Source: Polynucleobacter sp. JS-JIR-5-A7 (GTDB lineage Bacteria; Pseudomonadota; Gammaproteobacteria; Burkholderiales; Burkholderiaceae). From it: a stretch of 32,000 nt of DNA. The notes beneath the pieces were generated by a model. That model saw nothing but the letters and a program-made list of their open reading frames with translations, was not told the origin of the DNA and searched no databases. Of this stretch, positions 8,324-16,632 are shown piece after piece (within the stretch, counting starts at the first letter, position 1; each line of letters begins with the position of its first letter). Where the stretch lies: positions 2,115,031 through 2,147,030 of the forward strand of contig NZ_CP061308.1 in the NCBI RefSeq assembly GCF_018687935.1, written 5' to 3'. A program made the translations under genes and the position numbers.

Positions 8324-9034
8324 ATGACTGATCTACCCAATATCGATAAAGCCCTATTTCATAAGCCAAGTCTTGATGAATTAACCATCAACTCCATTGA
8401 TAGTCACCCACCTAAGATTTTGCTTTTATATGGATCACTTAGAGAGAGGTCATTTAGTCGCCTTCTGGCAGAAGAAGCAGAAAGAATATTAAAAGCGATG
8501 GGCTGTGAAACGCGATTCTTTAATCCTCATGGATTGCCGCAAGTGGATGACGCTCCTGAAACACATCCCAAAGTAGTAGAGCTAAGAGAGTTAGTTCAAT
8601 GGGCAGAAGGAATGGTGTGGAGCAGTCCTGAGCGACACGGAGCTATGACAGGACTAATGAAATCGCAGATTGATTGGATCCCACTTAGCGTTGGCGCTGT
8701 CAGACCCTCTCAAGGCAAGACTCTTGCTTTATTACAAGTGAGCGGTGGTTCGCAATCTTTTAATGCTCTCAATCAAATGCGAATTCTAGGTAGATGGATG
8801 AGGATGATCACAATTCCAAATCAATCGTCAGTGCCCAAAGCATTTCTAGAGTTTGAGGATAACAATCGCATGAAACCTTCGGCCAATTACGATCGAGTAG
8901 TTGATGTCATGGAAGAGCTGGTTAAATTTACTTTGCTAACTAGGTCAGTTTCAAGCTATTTGACTGATCGCTACAGTGAGCGAAAAGAAAGTGCTGAGGA
9001 ATTATCAAAGCGGGTTAATCAAAGAGCTATTTGA
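8324..9034 (+). CDS. arsH: arsenical resistance protein ArsH (NADPH-dependent FMN reductase)
   Basis: 236 aa with [22 protein letters not shown] and [22 protein letters not shown], typical ArsH blocks. Divergent from arsR. Confidence 0.9.
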   Translation: MTDLPNIDKALFHKPSLDELTINSIDSHPPKILLLYGSLRERSFSRLLAEEAERILKAMGCETRFFNPHGLPQVDDAPETHPKVVELRELVQWAEGMVWSSPERHGAMTGLMKSQIDWIPLSVGAVRPSQGKTLALLQVSGGSQSFNALNQMRILGRWMRMITIPNQSSVPKAFLEFEDNNRMKPSANYDRVVDVMEELVKFTLLTRSVSSYLTDRYSERKESAEELSKRVNQRAI

Positions 9035-9040
9035 TTGAGT

Positions 9041-9103
9041 TGTCGTTTAAAACGACATCGACTGATGCAAGGATGAATAATTGACGTGTCCTTTTAAAGG
9101 ACA
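9041..9103. repeat. bipartite repeat, copy 1: H1 palindrome TGTCGTTTAAAACGACA + linker atcgactgatgcaaggatgaataat + P-box copy 2 (9088-9102)
   Basis: Aligns with 19742-19804 and, more loosely, with 25004-25075. Begins 7 nt after the arsH stop. Confidence 0.9.
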
Positions 9104-9304
9104 AATTAAAACCATCCTCGCAATACCTCTCATCCCCACTAACAAGCGATTTCCTTTTCCAATAAAAACCGCCAAAAAACCCTTGAATTTGGGTCAAATC
9201 GCCTGATTGTCAGAATAAGAATTATTACGAATACGAGGTGGGGTTAGATTAGATCACCAGGGGCCGAGATCTCCACTGGCCTTGAAAATTGCGCGGTAAT
9301 TTTT

Positions 9305-9685
9305 TTAGGGCTTACTACTGATCGGCTTGATAGTTTGTTGATGATGCTGGCGATCCTTTTCCAGCTTTAGTTGTTGTTTGGCTGAATCCACATTTCTCTT
9401 AAGAGAAGCTACTCTTGCCTGCTTGAGATTCAGTGGCTTAGTGGGTTTAATCATTTTGATAGCCTCACCTAAAGACAAGGTATCTTTATCTTCAGATAGG
9501 CTGGGAGCTGACACCAAACTATTCATACCAAATTGATATTGCAGAATCAGCCGCGCATGGATCTGACTATCGGCAAATACAGCTGTTTTAACTTGATGAC
9601 CATTGATACGGACAAGGGCTTGATATTTGTTCATACAAATATTTATAGTCTCGGCGCCCCTCGGGTCTTTTAAATCATGTCGCAT
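9305..9685 (-). CDS. hypothetical protein (start possibly at 9634, MNKYQALVRING)
   Basis: 126-aa ORF with no recognisable motif. It is the only ORF between P-box copies 2 and 3. Confidence 0.4.
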   Translation of the reverse strand: MRHDLKDPRGAETINICMNKYQALVRINGHQVKTAVFADSQIHARLILQYQFGMNSLVSAPSLSEDKDTLSLGEAIKMIKPTKPLNLKQARVASLKRNVDSAKQQLKLEKDRQHHQQTIKPISSKP

Positions 9686-9897
9686 TCGGCTCTTTGCCAG
9701 CTGGCTCGCCTCTGCGATGGGGGCTTCAGCCCACCCATCTTTTCCAAAACGTGCACCACGTGGTGCTGGAAAATGATGGTCTTCTCTGTCCTAAGCGCAC
9801 CAGCTGGTGCAGGACATTCGTCTTAGGCTTCGCTGGATCGGTGGCGACAGCCCTCGCCACCTATGGGGCTACCTTGCGGTGCGCCCCATATATAAAT

Positions 9898-9912
9898 GTC
9901 CTTTAAAAGGAC
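9898..9912. repeat. P-box palindrome GTCCTTTAAAAGGAC, copy 3
   Basis: Exact 15-mer with central A, 6 nt from the stop (9918-9920) of the 145-aa ORF. Confidence 0.9.
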
Positions 9913-9917
9913 AAACT

Positions 9918-10355
9918 TCAACGACCAAAGCCCGCACGTACAGCGCCGCTTGCGGCTTCTATTTGTGTGTCAAGCTCGCCTGCTTCTACGGCCACCTTAA
10001 TAATCTCTAGGGCTTTAATTAGCTCATCTGCTGAATTCACCTCAACAGCAGTCTTGCCTTTAGCGAACTCAATAATCTTGGCGCCGTAGCGGATGTTTAA
10101 GCAAACCTTGCCATCCATAGCAACGAACCACCATTGACGAATACGCTTTTCATGTTCAATGGTTTTACGTGCGCCAGTAATGTCTTTAACTGTTTTGAAT
10201 TTCTTAACAGTAAACGTACCGCCTTCTTTGCTGGCTTTAGCTAACTGGATCTGCTCCCACACTTTATTCGCTAATTTATTCCTGCGATGTAGTACTGGTG
10301 GAATTGCTGTTGGCTTTTTTGAATTAACCATTTTCAAACTGTTTAATGTGCTCAT
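9918..10355 (-). CDS. hypothetical protein, 145 aa
   Basis: Clean ORF with plausible composition (RIRQWWFVAMDGKVCLNIRYGAKIIEFAKGKTAVEV). No family recognised with confidence. Confidence 0.5.
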   Translation of the reverse strand: MSTLNSLKMVNSKKPTAIPPVLHRRNKLANKVWEQIQLAKASKEGGTFTVKKFKTVKDITGARKTIEHEKRIRQWWFVAMDGKVCLNIRYGAKIIEFAKGKTAVEVNSADELIKALEIIKVAVEAGELDTQIEAASGAVRAGFGR

Positions 10356-11094
10356 CTTTTTCTCCTATAAGTGAATGGGCACACTTAATTTATTGTCAGA
10401 GTTTTTGGATGGACAACCTCTTTTTGCCAAAAGCCACAAAGATCTAATAAATTTGCCAATAATGCGCCTTCTTTTATTAGGTTTCACTAAATAACTATGA
10501 CGACAAAACAGAAGAACGTTTTGTATGCCATTACATTACTACCGAAACAAGAGCAGTGACACTCAGTCGTTATGTCACCCTAAAGCTGGACTAGGAGTCA
10601 CAGTCATGGAAATTCTGGGCGGTAGCAGAGACTTAATTCACTATCCTTAACCGGACGCCATTAGCCTTGCTGACTAATATGAATCAAGTATACGAATTAG
10701 CACAAAGATCGTAGAACATTGTTTTACGGATCACGAGAAAGCCCTGCTTACACAGCAACTTTCAAACAAGACAAGGGTAGCCACTTATTGCTTTTGTCAT
10801 TGTTGCGTTTCAAGCCGCACATAAAAGGAGACAGCGAAACCGCCCTTCCCAAACTGGTTGTGCCCATAAGTGGTGTAGTAAAGAACTCAGCGAAAGTCCT
10901 TTTCTATTACTGAGCCTGTTGCTTAAGGCTCAGTGTAGGTTGAATCTAGCGAAAGTCCATCAAACAACATCAGATCAGCATTAGAGAAGAAGAAATGTGA
11001 TGAGCGACAAGCGAAATCACAGGGGAACGTAGTTCGCCTTTACTCAATAACAACTATCAAAATTTATATTAAAGTATTGAAAAAGGAGGGAATT

Positions 11095-11871
11095 ATGCAA
11101 ATACAAAATGGTTCACCAAAAGTAATGCAATTATTAAATCGTCTAGAAAGTGAAGGCACTTTAGTTAATTTGTATTCAAAGGATTTCTTTGATAAGAATC
11201 AGCGGGGACCAGCAATCTTTCTAGAAGAATTCGAAAGAATGATTGAAATTGAGAATGGAGCAAATGATGACTATGGAGATACAAAATTTCCGCTTGGTCA
11301 CCTATTAGTTATATGCACCTCTCTTTTAAGCCCTGAGGATATAAAGTTATTGAGGGATTTGTATTCCCCATTACAAAATGTATTAAGAGATGGTATTCAT
11401 CATCCTAATTTTTTATTTTTTAACTTATACACAAAGCAAATTCTTTCAGTTGGTCTTGGTAGAAAGAATCGCTTATTTTGTATTGATGTTGATTCCAATA
11501 AAAGTATAGATCCTACTTATTTGATCGTAGGTTCTGACGACTTTAACTATATCCAAAAGTTTACAGAGCATGATGTCATTGACTTTGTGTCAGAGGACTT
11601 AATTGGCTCTCTTCATGCAATGGGTCTATCATTTTTTGAACAAGATCATTTACCCTTCATTCATGATCTTCATGATTTACTAGACACCGAACCTAATGAG
11701 GATGGCATTTACGAACTTGAAGGATACGATGATGGTGTCTCTGCTCAAGAGGTAAAGGACATGATTAAAGAGTATGAAGATCATCAAGAAATCATCAACA
11801 ACCAATTACAAATACTTCAGTCTTTTTTTCCTGAGCTTACGGAAGGCGATTTAAATACTGGTGATTATTAA
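11095..11871 (+). CDS. hypothetical acidic protein, 258 aa, AT-rich gene
   Basis: ATG at 11095 is preceded by AAGGAGGG at optimal spacing; the track start at 11077 is TTG. No motif recognised. A terminator follows. Confidence 0.6.
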   Translation: MQIQNGSPKVMQLLNRLESEGTLVNLYSKDFFDKNQRGPAIFLEEFERMIEIENGANDDYGDTKFPLGHLLVICTSLLSPEDIKLLRDLYSPLQNVLRDGIHHPNFLFFNLYTKQILSVGLGRKNRLFCIDVDSNKSIDPTYLIVGSDDFNYIQKFTEHDVIDFVSEDLIGSLHAMGLSFFEQDHLPFIHDLHDLLDTEPNEDGIYELEGYDDGVSAQEVKDMIKEYEDHQEIINNQLQILQSFFPELTEGDLNTGDY

Positions 11872-11895
11872 TTTCTGTTGTCAAAATGCCACGAT

Positions 11896-11929
11896 AAATA
11901 TAAGAGAACAGTACTACTCTTATATTTTT
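11896..11929 (+). terminator. rho-independent terminator
   Basis: AAATATAAGAG-n10-CTCTTATATTT followed by TT, 25 nt after the stop at 11871. Confidence 0.55.
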
Positions 11930-12040
11930 GCCTAACTCATTGATAAAACAGCGGTTCTTTTTCAGCCATTTTCGGTTGCCCAAACCGAATCTAAGAAAAC
12001 ATACTGTAACTCTGTATTTAATACATTTCAGGGAGAACGT

Positions 12041-12607
12041 ATGTCACAAGCTAGAGTTTTAAATCCACAAGAGCTACGCAGAGTTTTAGATCACGTTGCT
12101 ACACGTAGGCATTCAGCACGTAATCGCGCTATGTTGCTACTAACGCACTACGCGGGTATGCGAGTAGCTGAAGTAGCCGCGCTACGCATAAACGACGTTT
12201 TAAACGGCGACAGTAGTATTAAGGGCGAAGTACGCTTAATGCCCGATCAAACCAAGGGCAAACATGCTCGTACTGTTTACTTAAATGAACGTATGCAAAA
12301 GGAGCTGGCGCAGTACATCAAAGCAATCAAAATCAAAGATGTAACTAAACCCTTGTTTTACACGCAGAAGCAAGCTGGGTTCTCAGCTAACTCACTTACC
12401 CAATACTTCTTTTATCTATATCGCTCTGTAGGGCTAGAGGGTGCCAGTAGCCATAGCGGTAGACGCACATTCTTAACTGGACTTGCCAATAAAGGTACGG
12501 CGATACATATATTGAAGTCTCTTGCAGGACATAGAAATATCAGCACTACTGCAACCTATCTCTATAGCAGTCCAGATCAGCTTAAGGCCGCTGTTGAGTT
12601 AATCTAA
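12041..12607 (+). CDS. small tyrosine recombinase, catalytic domain only (FimB/FimE-sized, 188 aa)
   Basis: ARNRAMLLLTHYAGMRVAEVAALRINDV (Arg box), SSHSGRRTF (HxxR) and LAGHRNISTTATYLY (His...Tyr nucleophile). There is no N-terminal core-binding domain. Confidence 0.8.
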   Translation: MSQARVLNPQELRRVLDHVATRRHSARNRAMLLLTHYAGMRVAEVAALRINDVLNGDSSIKGEVRLMPDQTKGKHARTVYLNERMQKELAQYIKAIKIKDVTKPLFYTQKQAGFSANSLTQYFFYLYRSVGLEGASSHSGRRTFLTGLANKGTAIHILKSLAGHRNISTTATYLYSSPDQLKAAVELI

Positions 12608-12610
12608 TTT

Positions 12611-12625
12611 GTCCTTTTGAAGGAC
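12611..12625. repeat. P-box variant GTCCTTTTGAAGGAC, copy 4 (right-extended: ...GGACggctcatg)
   Basis: One mismatch from the consensus. It fills most of the 21-nt gap between the convergent stops at 12605-12607 and 12629-12631. Confidence 0.85.
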
Positions 12626-12628
12626 GGC

Positions 12629-13357
12629 TCATGCAACTGGAAATTGACCTGTGGATGAATTATCAATCCTTGTCTTTGCTTGCTTGATATACCTTCCGAC
12701 TGTTGCCGCCAAACGATTACGCTTAACGAGCCTATCTGCGTAATCGTCTTTAGGATTAGGCATAGAGTCTTTATCCAATAGACCCATTTCTGCGCCAATC
12801 TCCCACAACTTTAATTTATTGGTGCCCAATCTTGTTTCCATATAACGGTCATAGACTTGTAGACACAGCCTCAAGTTTGCAATCGTATAAGTTCCATTGA
12901 GCGGATATCTGGCTGTAGTCTTGCTCACAGTTTTAGATGGGCGACCTTTCTTTCTGCCGTGGCGCTCCATCAGCAACTCATTGAAATACTTCTTTAGTGA
13001 CTTCTTATCGTAAGTGAGTGGCACCTGTAAAAAGATGAAGTCATCTTTACTCCATTGATCAGGCACTTCGTCTTTCCCATCTATCTCTTTAAATTTGTAG
13101 ATGGACATTTGCTCTGCAAATAATTCAACCCCTTTGGCTCGCCACCAAACTCTAAATTCATCATCGCGCACATCACCAAAGTCTGCATATAGCTTGGAGT
13201 ACTTGCCCTTGCCGCCTTTTTCACAAGTCGCCAAATAGTCTTTATTGCGGCGCAAGTACGCCCACCACCAGTAATAAGGGCTCTGCTCCTGCCTAGACAA
13301 GGGCTGTCTATTGTTTTTAGTGCCAAAAGTTGGGTACGGCTCAAAGAATTTGACCAT
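12629..13357 (-). CDS. hypothetical protein with a WWWAYLRRNKDY motif (possibly DUF6499-like, ICE/plasmid-associated)
   Basis: 242-aa ORF. The aromatic-LRRNxxY block recalls the W(A)WE(F)LRRNPxY signature as I remember it. Low-certainty family call. Confidence 0.5.
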   Translation of the reverse strand: MVKFFEPYPTFGTKNNRQPLSRQEQSPYYWWWAYLRRNKDYLATCEKGGKGKYSKLYADFGDVRDDEFRVWWRAKGVELFAEQMSIYKFKEIDGKDEVPDQWSKDDFIFLQVPLTYDKKSLKKYFNELLMERHGRKKGRPSKTVSKTTARYPLNGTYTIANLRLCLQVYDRYMETRLGTNKLKLWEIGAEMGLLDKDSMPNPKDDYADRLVKRNRLAATVGRYIKQAKTRIDNSSTGQFPVA

Positions 13358-13493
13358 TTTCTTAACATCCTAAATAGATCATTTCTGTATGGATTATCGA
13401 ATTTTAACCCAAACGAATAAATTAGATACATGGCCAAGCGGTTAAATTTCTTAACAAGCAGTCATATTTCTTAATACAGAAAGAGAGTTAAAA

Positions 13494-14276
13494 ATGAATG
13501 CATTATTAAACGCAGTAGATACAACCCCTGTTACAACAAACGTCCTTTTAAAGGACACAACCAAAGTAACTAACGTTGCTGTTGGTACTACCGTTGCCCT
13601 TACTAATATGGAAGCAAATCGTATTAACTGGGAACAGGGTGCCTACAGAACAAGTAATCAAGCCTTATATGCAGTATTAGGTGATTGCTTGGCTTTTTGT
13701 GGTGACCTGACACTTCCAGAAGCTAAACAACGTAGCGAATCTTTAGAGTCTTTCTATAAAGATCGTGGCTACACATATAAAAAGGATCTCCCATTAGCGA
13801 CACGTGTAGTGCGTGCTGTTTTTGGATCTAGAGATCGCCGCCGTATCAGCACCTACTCTTTGGTTATTCGTCAGGCAATGAAAGAGAAAGTTTTGATAAC
13901 TGACTTTTCAGCATGGGTGGAAGAGCGTGGCGGCGTTCAAGAGATCAGTCTTGGTAAGAGCGCTACTTACATCAAGCCTGCGGACAAAGCTGAGATTGCT
14001 AAAAACAATCTAAAAGGCAAAACACCTATTGGCTATGCCAAGTCTGAATTGCTCTCACATGTTGCTGATGCTCAGTACCTAGGCGATATGTGCGTACTTT
14101 TAGCGGAGCAACAAGCTGACGGCAGTTTTGGTGTCTATGCAGTTTTGCGTCAAGACGGACTGGTTAAGTCTGCCTTTACCTCTTTGTATGCAGTTGGCAA
14201 AGAGCTTGAAGACAAAGCCAAAGCAGAGATCAAAGCGGCAAATGATGCAGATGGCGCTATTGCTAAATCTGCTTAA
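13494..14276 (+). CDS. hypothetical protein, 260 aa
   Basis: ATG is preceded by agagag. It is followed after 18 nt by the AAA+ gene, giving an operon-like layout. P-box copy 5 lies inside codons 17-21. Confidence 0.55.
   Translation: MNALLNAVDTTPVTTNVLLKDTTKVTNVAVGTTVALTNMEANRINWEQGAYRTSNQALYAVLGDCLAFCGDLTLPEAKQRSESLESFYKDRGYTYKKDLPLATRVVRAVFGSRDRRRISTYSLVIRQAMKEKVLITDFSAWVEERGGVQEISLGKSATYIKPADKAEIAKNNLKGKTPIGYAKSELLSHVADAQYLGDMCVLLAEQQADGSFGVYAVLRQDGLVKSAFTSLYAVGKELEDKAKAEIKAANDADGAIAKSA
13542..13556. repeat. P-box palindrome GTCCTTTTAAAGGAC, copy 5 (the only copy inside a predicted CDS)
   Basis: Exact 15-mer encoding V-L-L-K-D near the N-terminus of the 13494-14276 ORF. Confidence 0.9.
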
Positions 14277-14294
14277 TTAATCAAGGGGAATGTT

Positions 14295-15014
14295 ATGAGC
14301 GTTCCCCATTCATATTTGAAAGGAATACAAATGTTAACGAAAGGAAATAATCATGAGCCTCAAACGATTGATGACATCATCTTTGGAAACAATGAATCTA
14401 AATTGCGGATTGAAGATATTGTCTCGGGTGCCGAAGAATTACCTTACAGCGGCAAATCAGCGATTCTTTTATACGGAGTCTTTGGGACAGGCAAAACCAC
14501 ACTGGCCAAAATGCTACCTAACCACATTGAATATGGCAAAACTAAAGAAGAGTTAGTTTGGGATCCAGTGTTTATAGGCTGTCAGCAGGGCTTTAATGGG
14601 CCTCAAGTGATGGCAAGAATTGACGCAATCTTGACTAAAAGCTCTTTCAACGTTAGCGGGCTTCACTACATCATTCTTGATGAAGTGGACAACTTGACTA
14701 AGCAGGCTCAGCAAAGTTTGAAGTCGGCCTTGAATACAACTCGCGGGGTATTCATATTGACGACAAACAATGTTTCTGAGCTAGACAAGGGGCTTTTGGA
14801 TCGTTGCATTTTGGTAGAAATGAATGCGGCAAATCCGAATGCTTATTTGGATATTGCCAAATCCATTGCTGATGAGGCGGGGGTAGCTTTATCTAATGAA
14901 GAGTTACTGCCCACTATTCAGGCCGCTAATGGATCGTTTAGAAACTTGTTTCATAACGTGAGTCGATTGGCTAGGCGTAAAGGTCAACAGCCGCCGCCCA
15001 ATGTCATTTATTAA
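14295..15014 (+). CDS. AAA+ ATPase, clamp-loader (RFC/DnaX/gp44)-like
   Basis: Walker A GVFGTGKTTLAK. Walker B IILDEVDNL. LLDRCILVEMN resembles the clamp-loader SRC box. AAGGGGA precedes the ATG. Confidence 0.75.
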   Translation: MSVPHSYLKGIQMLTKGNNHEPQTIDDIIFGNNESKLRIEDIVSGAEELPYSGKSAILLYGVFGTGKTTLAKMLPNHIEYGKTKEELVWDPVFIGCQQGFNGPQVMARIDAILTKSSFNVSGLHYIILDEVDNLTKQAQQSLKSALNTTRGVFILTTNNVSELDKGLLDRCILVEMNAANPNAYLDIAKSIADEAGVALSNEELLPTIQAANGSFRNLFHNVSRLARRKGQQPPPNVIY

Positions 15015-15023
15015 GGGTGAAAT

Positions 15024-15209
15024 ATGGAATCAGCATGGATTGTCTTTATCGCCGATGATGAGGGATTTATTGAGGGTGTATTTGACAACGAAGAAGCGGC
15101 TAATGATTGCTACAAGTATCACGATAGCTACATGCCCTTAGCTACCTATATGCTAAGGATAAACCCCGCAATCTTTCAGTCCACCTTTACTATCCCGCTT
15201 GACGAGTAA
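15024..15209 (+). CDS. hypothetical small acidic protein, 61 aa
   Basis: Tightly follows the AAA+ gene (9-nt gap) and is followed by a strong terminator. Confidence 0.45.
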   Translation: MESAWIVFIADDEGFIEGVFDNEEAANDCYKYHDSYMPLATYMLRINPAIFQSTFTIPLDE

Positions 15210-15214
15210 AGTTA

Positions 15215-15244
15215 AGAGCCCACTTTCGAGTGGGCTCTTTTTTT
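15215..15244 (+). terminator. rho-independent terminator
   Basis: AGAGCCCAC-tttcg-GTGGGCTCT followed by TTTTTT. The T-run abuts P-box copy 6. Confidence 0.75.
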
Positions 15245-15259
15245 GTCCTTTAAAAGGAC
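15245..15259. repeat. P-box palindrome GTCCTTTAAAAGGAC, copy 6 (right-extended: ...GGACagttcat)
   Basis: Exact 15-mer, 10 nt from the integrase stop codon (15269-15271). Confidence 0.9.
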
Positions 15260-15268
15260 AGTTCATAT

Positions 15269-16543
15269 TCAAGCCAACCTATCTGCCGCCATCGTTGCCG
15301 TCAACTTGCTGTAGTGACGATCAATCATGGCGGCACTATTTCCCATCTGCTTGGATAGCGTGTGAATATCAGTCTTGTTCTCTAGCAACTCCAAAGTGGC
15401 GTAGGTATGTCTAAGTGAATAGAGTGTTCGCATCTGCCCATCATGACTTAATCCCAAACCACTATCTCGCATCAATCGCTTAAATGCGCCATCAATCCGC
15501 ATAGGCTGATGACCATTGGCAAAAACAAAGATCCGCTCTGGTGCTCTTGTCTCAAATAGACGATCAAAGGGAATATCCCACACGGCACGTTGCCTACTGT
15601 GTAATCGTTTGAGCACATCTACTGCCTTATGTTTGGCAATGAGCCAACGCCCACCCGTCTTGCCATCCACCCATATACGTAGGTATTTCTTATCGCCTTG
15701 GGTATGCCACTCAACGTTGTTCCAGCAGATATTGAGTGCCTCAGTGCCATGCCGCATGCCTGTGTATAAAAGCATTTCAATATAGTCACGCAGTAGAGGG
15801 CGAGTTTCATGCTCAATCTCTAATCGGCCTTGTTTAATCCATGGCTCCATAAACTCCAATAAGCGATCAATCTCTTCACGAGTGAACGCTGGGCGGGTTT
15901 TACCTTTTTGCCCTCTAGCTGTGAGTTTTGGAATAGCTACTCGTTCGCTGATCCAACCCTTGCTAATGGCTACCAGCTGTAACTTAGTCCAAGCACTGGC
16001 AAAATTCATAAGGGTGCTGGCTCTAGGCAACTTATTCATCTGCCTATTACGCCAAACTTCAAACTCATGCACGTCTGTATAAGTTATTTCTTCTAGTCTT
16101 TTGTCACCAAAGTAGGGTAGAAAGTATTTCTCAATACAGGTGATGTAGCTACCGTACACGCTCTTGCCTATACCCACATCCAAGTCCTGCCGCATTGAGT
16201 AGAGAGTGGCGTGTGCAATTTCTGCAAACGTGGGCGACTTTTGCGCAAGCCCCAGTCTTTGGCGAAATCTGGTTTCATCGTAAAGATCGCATGCCATTCG
16301 TACTGCATGTTCAATACTGGCTTGGCGGGTGGTCTGACGATGCCATGAACCATCTTGCAGTCTAAAGCGGCAATGCCAAAGTGGACTTCCGGGTCTGCGG
16401 TGAATAACTACTTCGCCATCGCGTAAGTAAAGCTCTGTGGGCTCAGCGTATTTGAGCTGGCTTAAGGCTGTGGGCTCGGATTCTTGCTGGGGTGATGAGA
16501 TTACTTCTAGGTGACTTTCAAGTACTTTGATTACCTTAGTCAC
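15269..16543 (-). CDS. int: tyrosine-type site-specific integrase, intact (424 aa)
   Basis: C-terminal catalytic region RHGTEAL...LYSLRHTYATLELL...MGNSAAMIDRHYSKL (R...HxxR...Y). An N-terminal SAM-like/arm region is present. It looks strongly similar by eye to the broken integrase at 5120-6343. Confidence 0.9.
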   Translation of the reverse strand: MTKVIKVLESHLEVISSPQQESEPTALSQLKYAEPTELYLRDGEVVIHRRPGSPLWHCRFRLQDGSWHRQTTRQASIEHAVRMACDLYDETRFRQRLGLAQKSPTFAEIAHATLYSMRQDLDVGIGKSVYGSYITCIEKYFLPYFGDKRLEEITYTDVHEFEVWRNRQMNKLPRASTLMNFASAWTKLQLVAISKGWISERVAIPKLTARGQKGKTRPAFTREEIDRLLEFMEPWIKQGRLEIEHETRPLLRDYIEMLLYTGMRHGTEALNICWNNVEWHTQGDKKYLRIWVDGKTGGRWLIAKHKAVDVLKRLHSRQRAVWDIPFDRLFETRAPERIFVFANGHQPMRIDGAFKRLMRDSGLGLSHDGQMRTLYSLRHTYATLELLENKTDIHTLSKQMGNSAAMIDRHYSKLTATMAADRLA

Positions 16544-16617
16544 TTTGTGGGCAGATTGCTGTTGTCATACAGCTATTTTATTTTCAGACTTAAAGTTGGA
16601 CAACCTCAACATGAAAC

Positions 16618-16632
16618 GTCCTTTTAAAGGAC
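16618..16632. repeat. P-box palindrome GTCCTTTTAAAGGAC, copy 7 (left-extended: catgaaacGTCC...)
   Basis: Exact 15-mer, 75 nt upstream of the integrase start. Inverted relative to copy 6 when the extensions are included. Confidence 0.9.

Noticed and set aside
9694-10010. Track ORFs 9694-9906 (+) and 9807-10010 (+) in the GC-rich intergenic segment
   Set aside because: They are open only because of local GC richness and are filled with palindromic DNA. The second overlaps the 145-aa minus-strand gene. They are treated as non-coding, though a gene fragment from a higher-GC donor is not excluded.
10719-10913. 64-aa ORF in the long non-coding stretch
   Set aside because: No ribosome-binding site, and it overlaps the AGCGAAA motif array. 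The region is better explained as regulatory or structured DNA.
12196-12206. CGTTTTAAACG inside the small recombinase CDS, resembling the core of the H1 palindrome
   Set aside because: Only 11 bp, lacking the GT...AC outer positions, and within coding sequence. It could easily be chance in AT-rich DNA.
13081-13437. 118-aa ORF overlapping 12629-13357 on the same strand in another frame
   Set aside because: The 242-aa frame has the better start context and protein-like composition. The alternative frame extends into the divergent promoter region.
15516-16353. Four short ORFs (15516-15785, 15619-15816, 15882-16082, 16168-16353) within the integrase gene
   Set aside because: All are shadow ORFs, antisense or in other frames, inside a full-length integrase with intact catalytic motifs.
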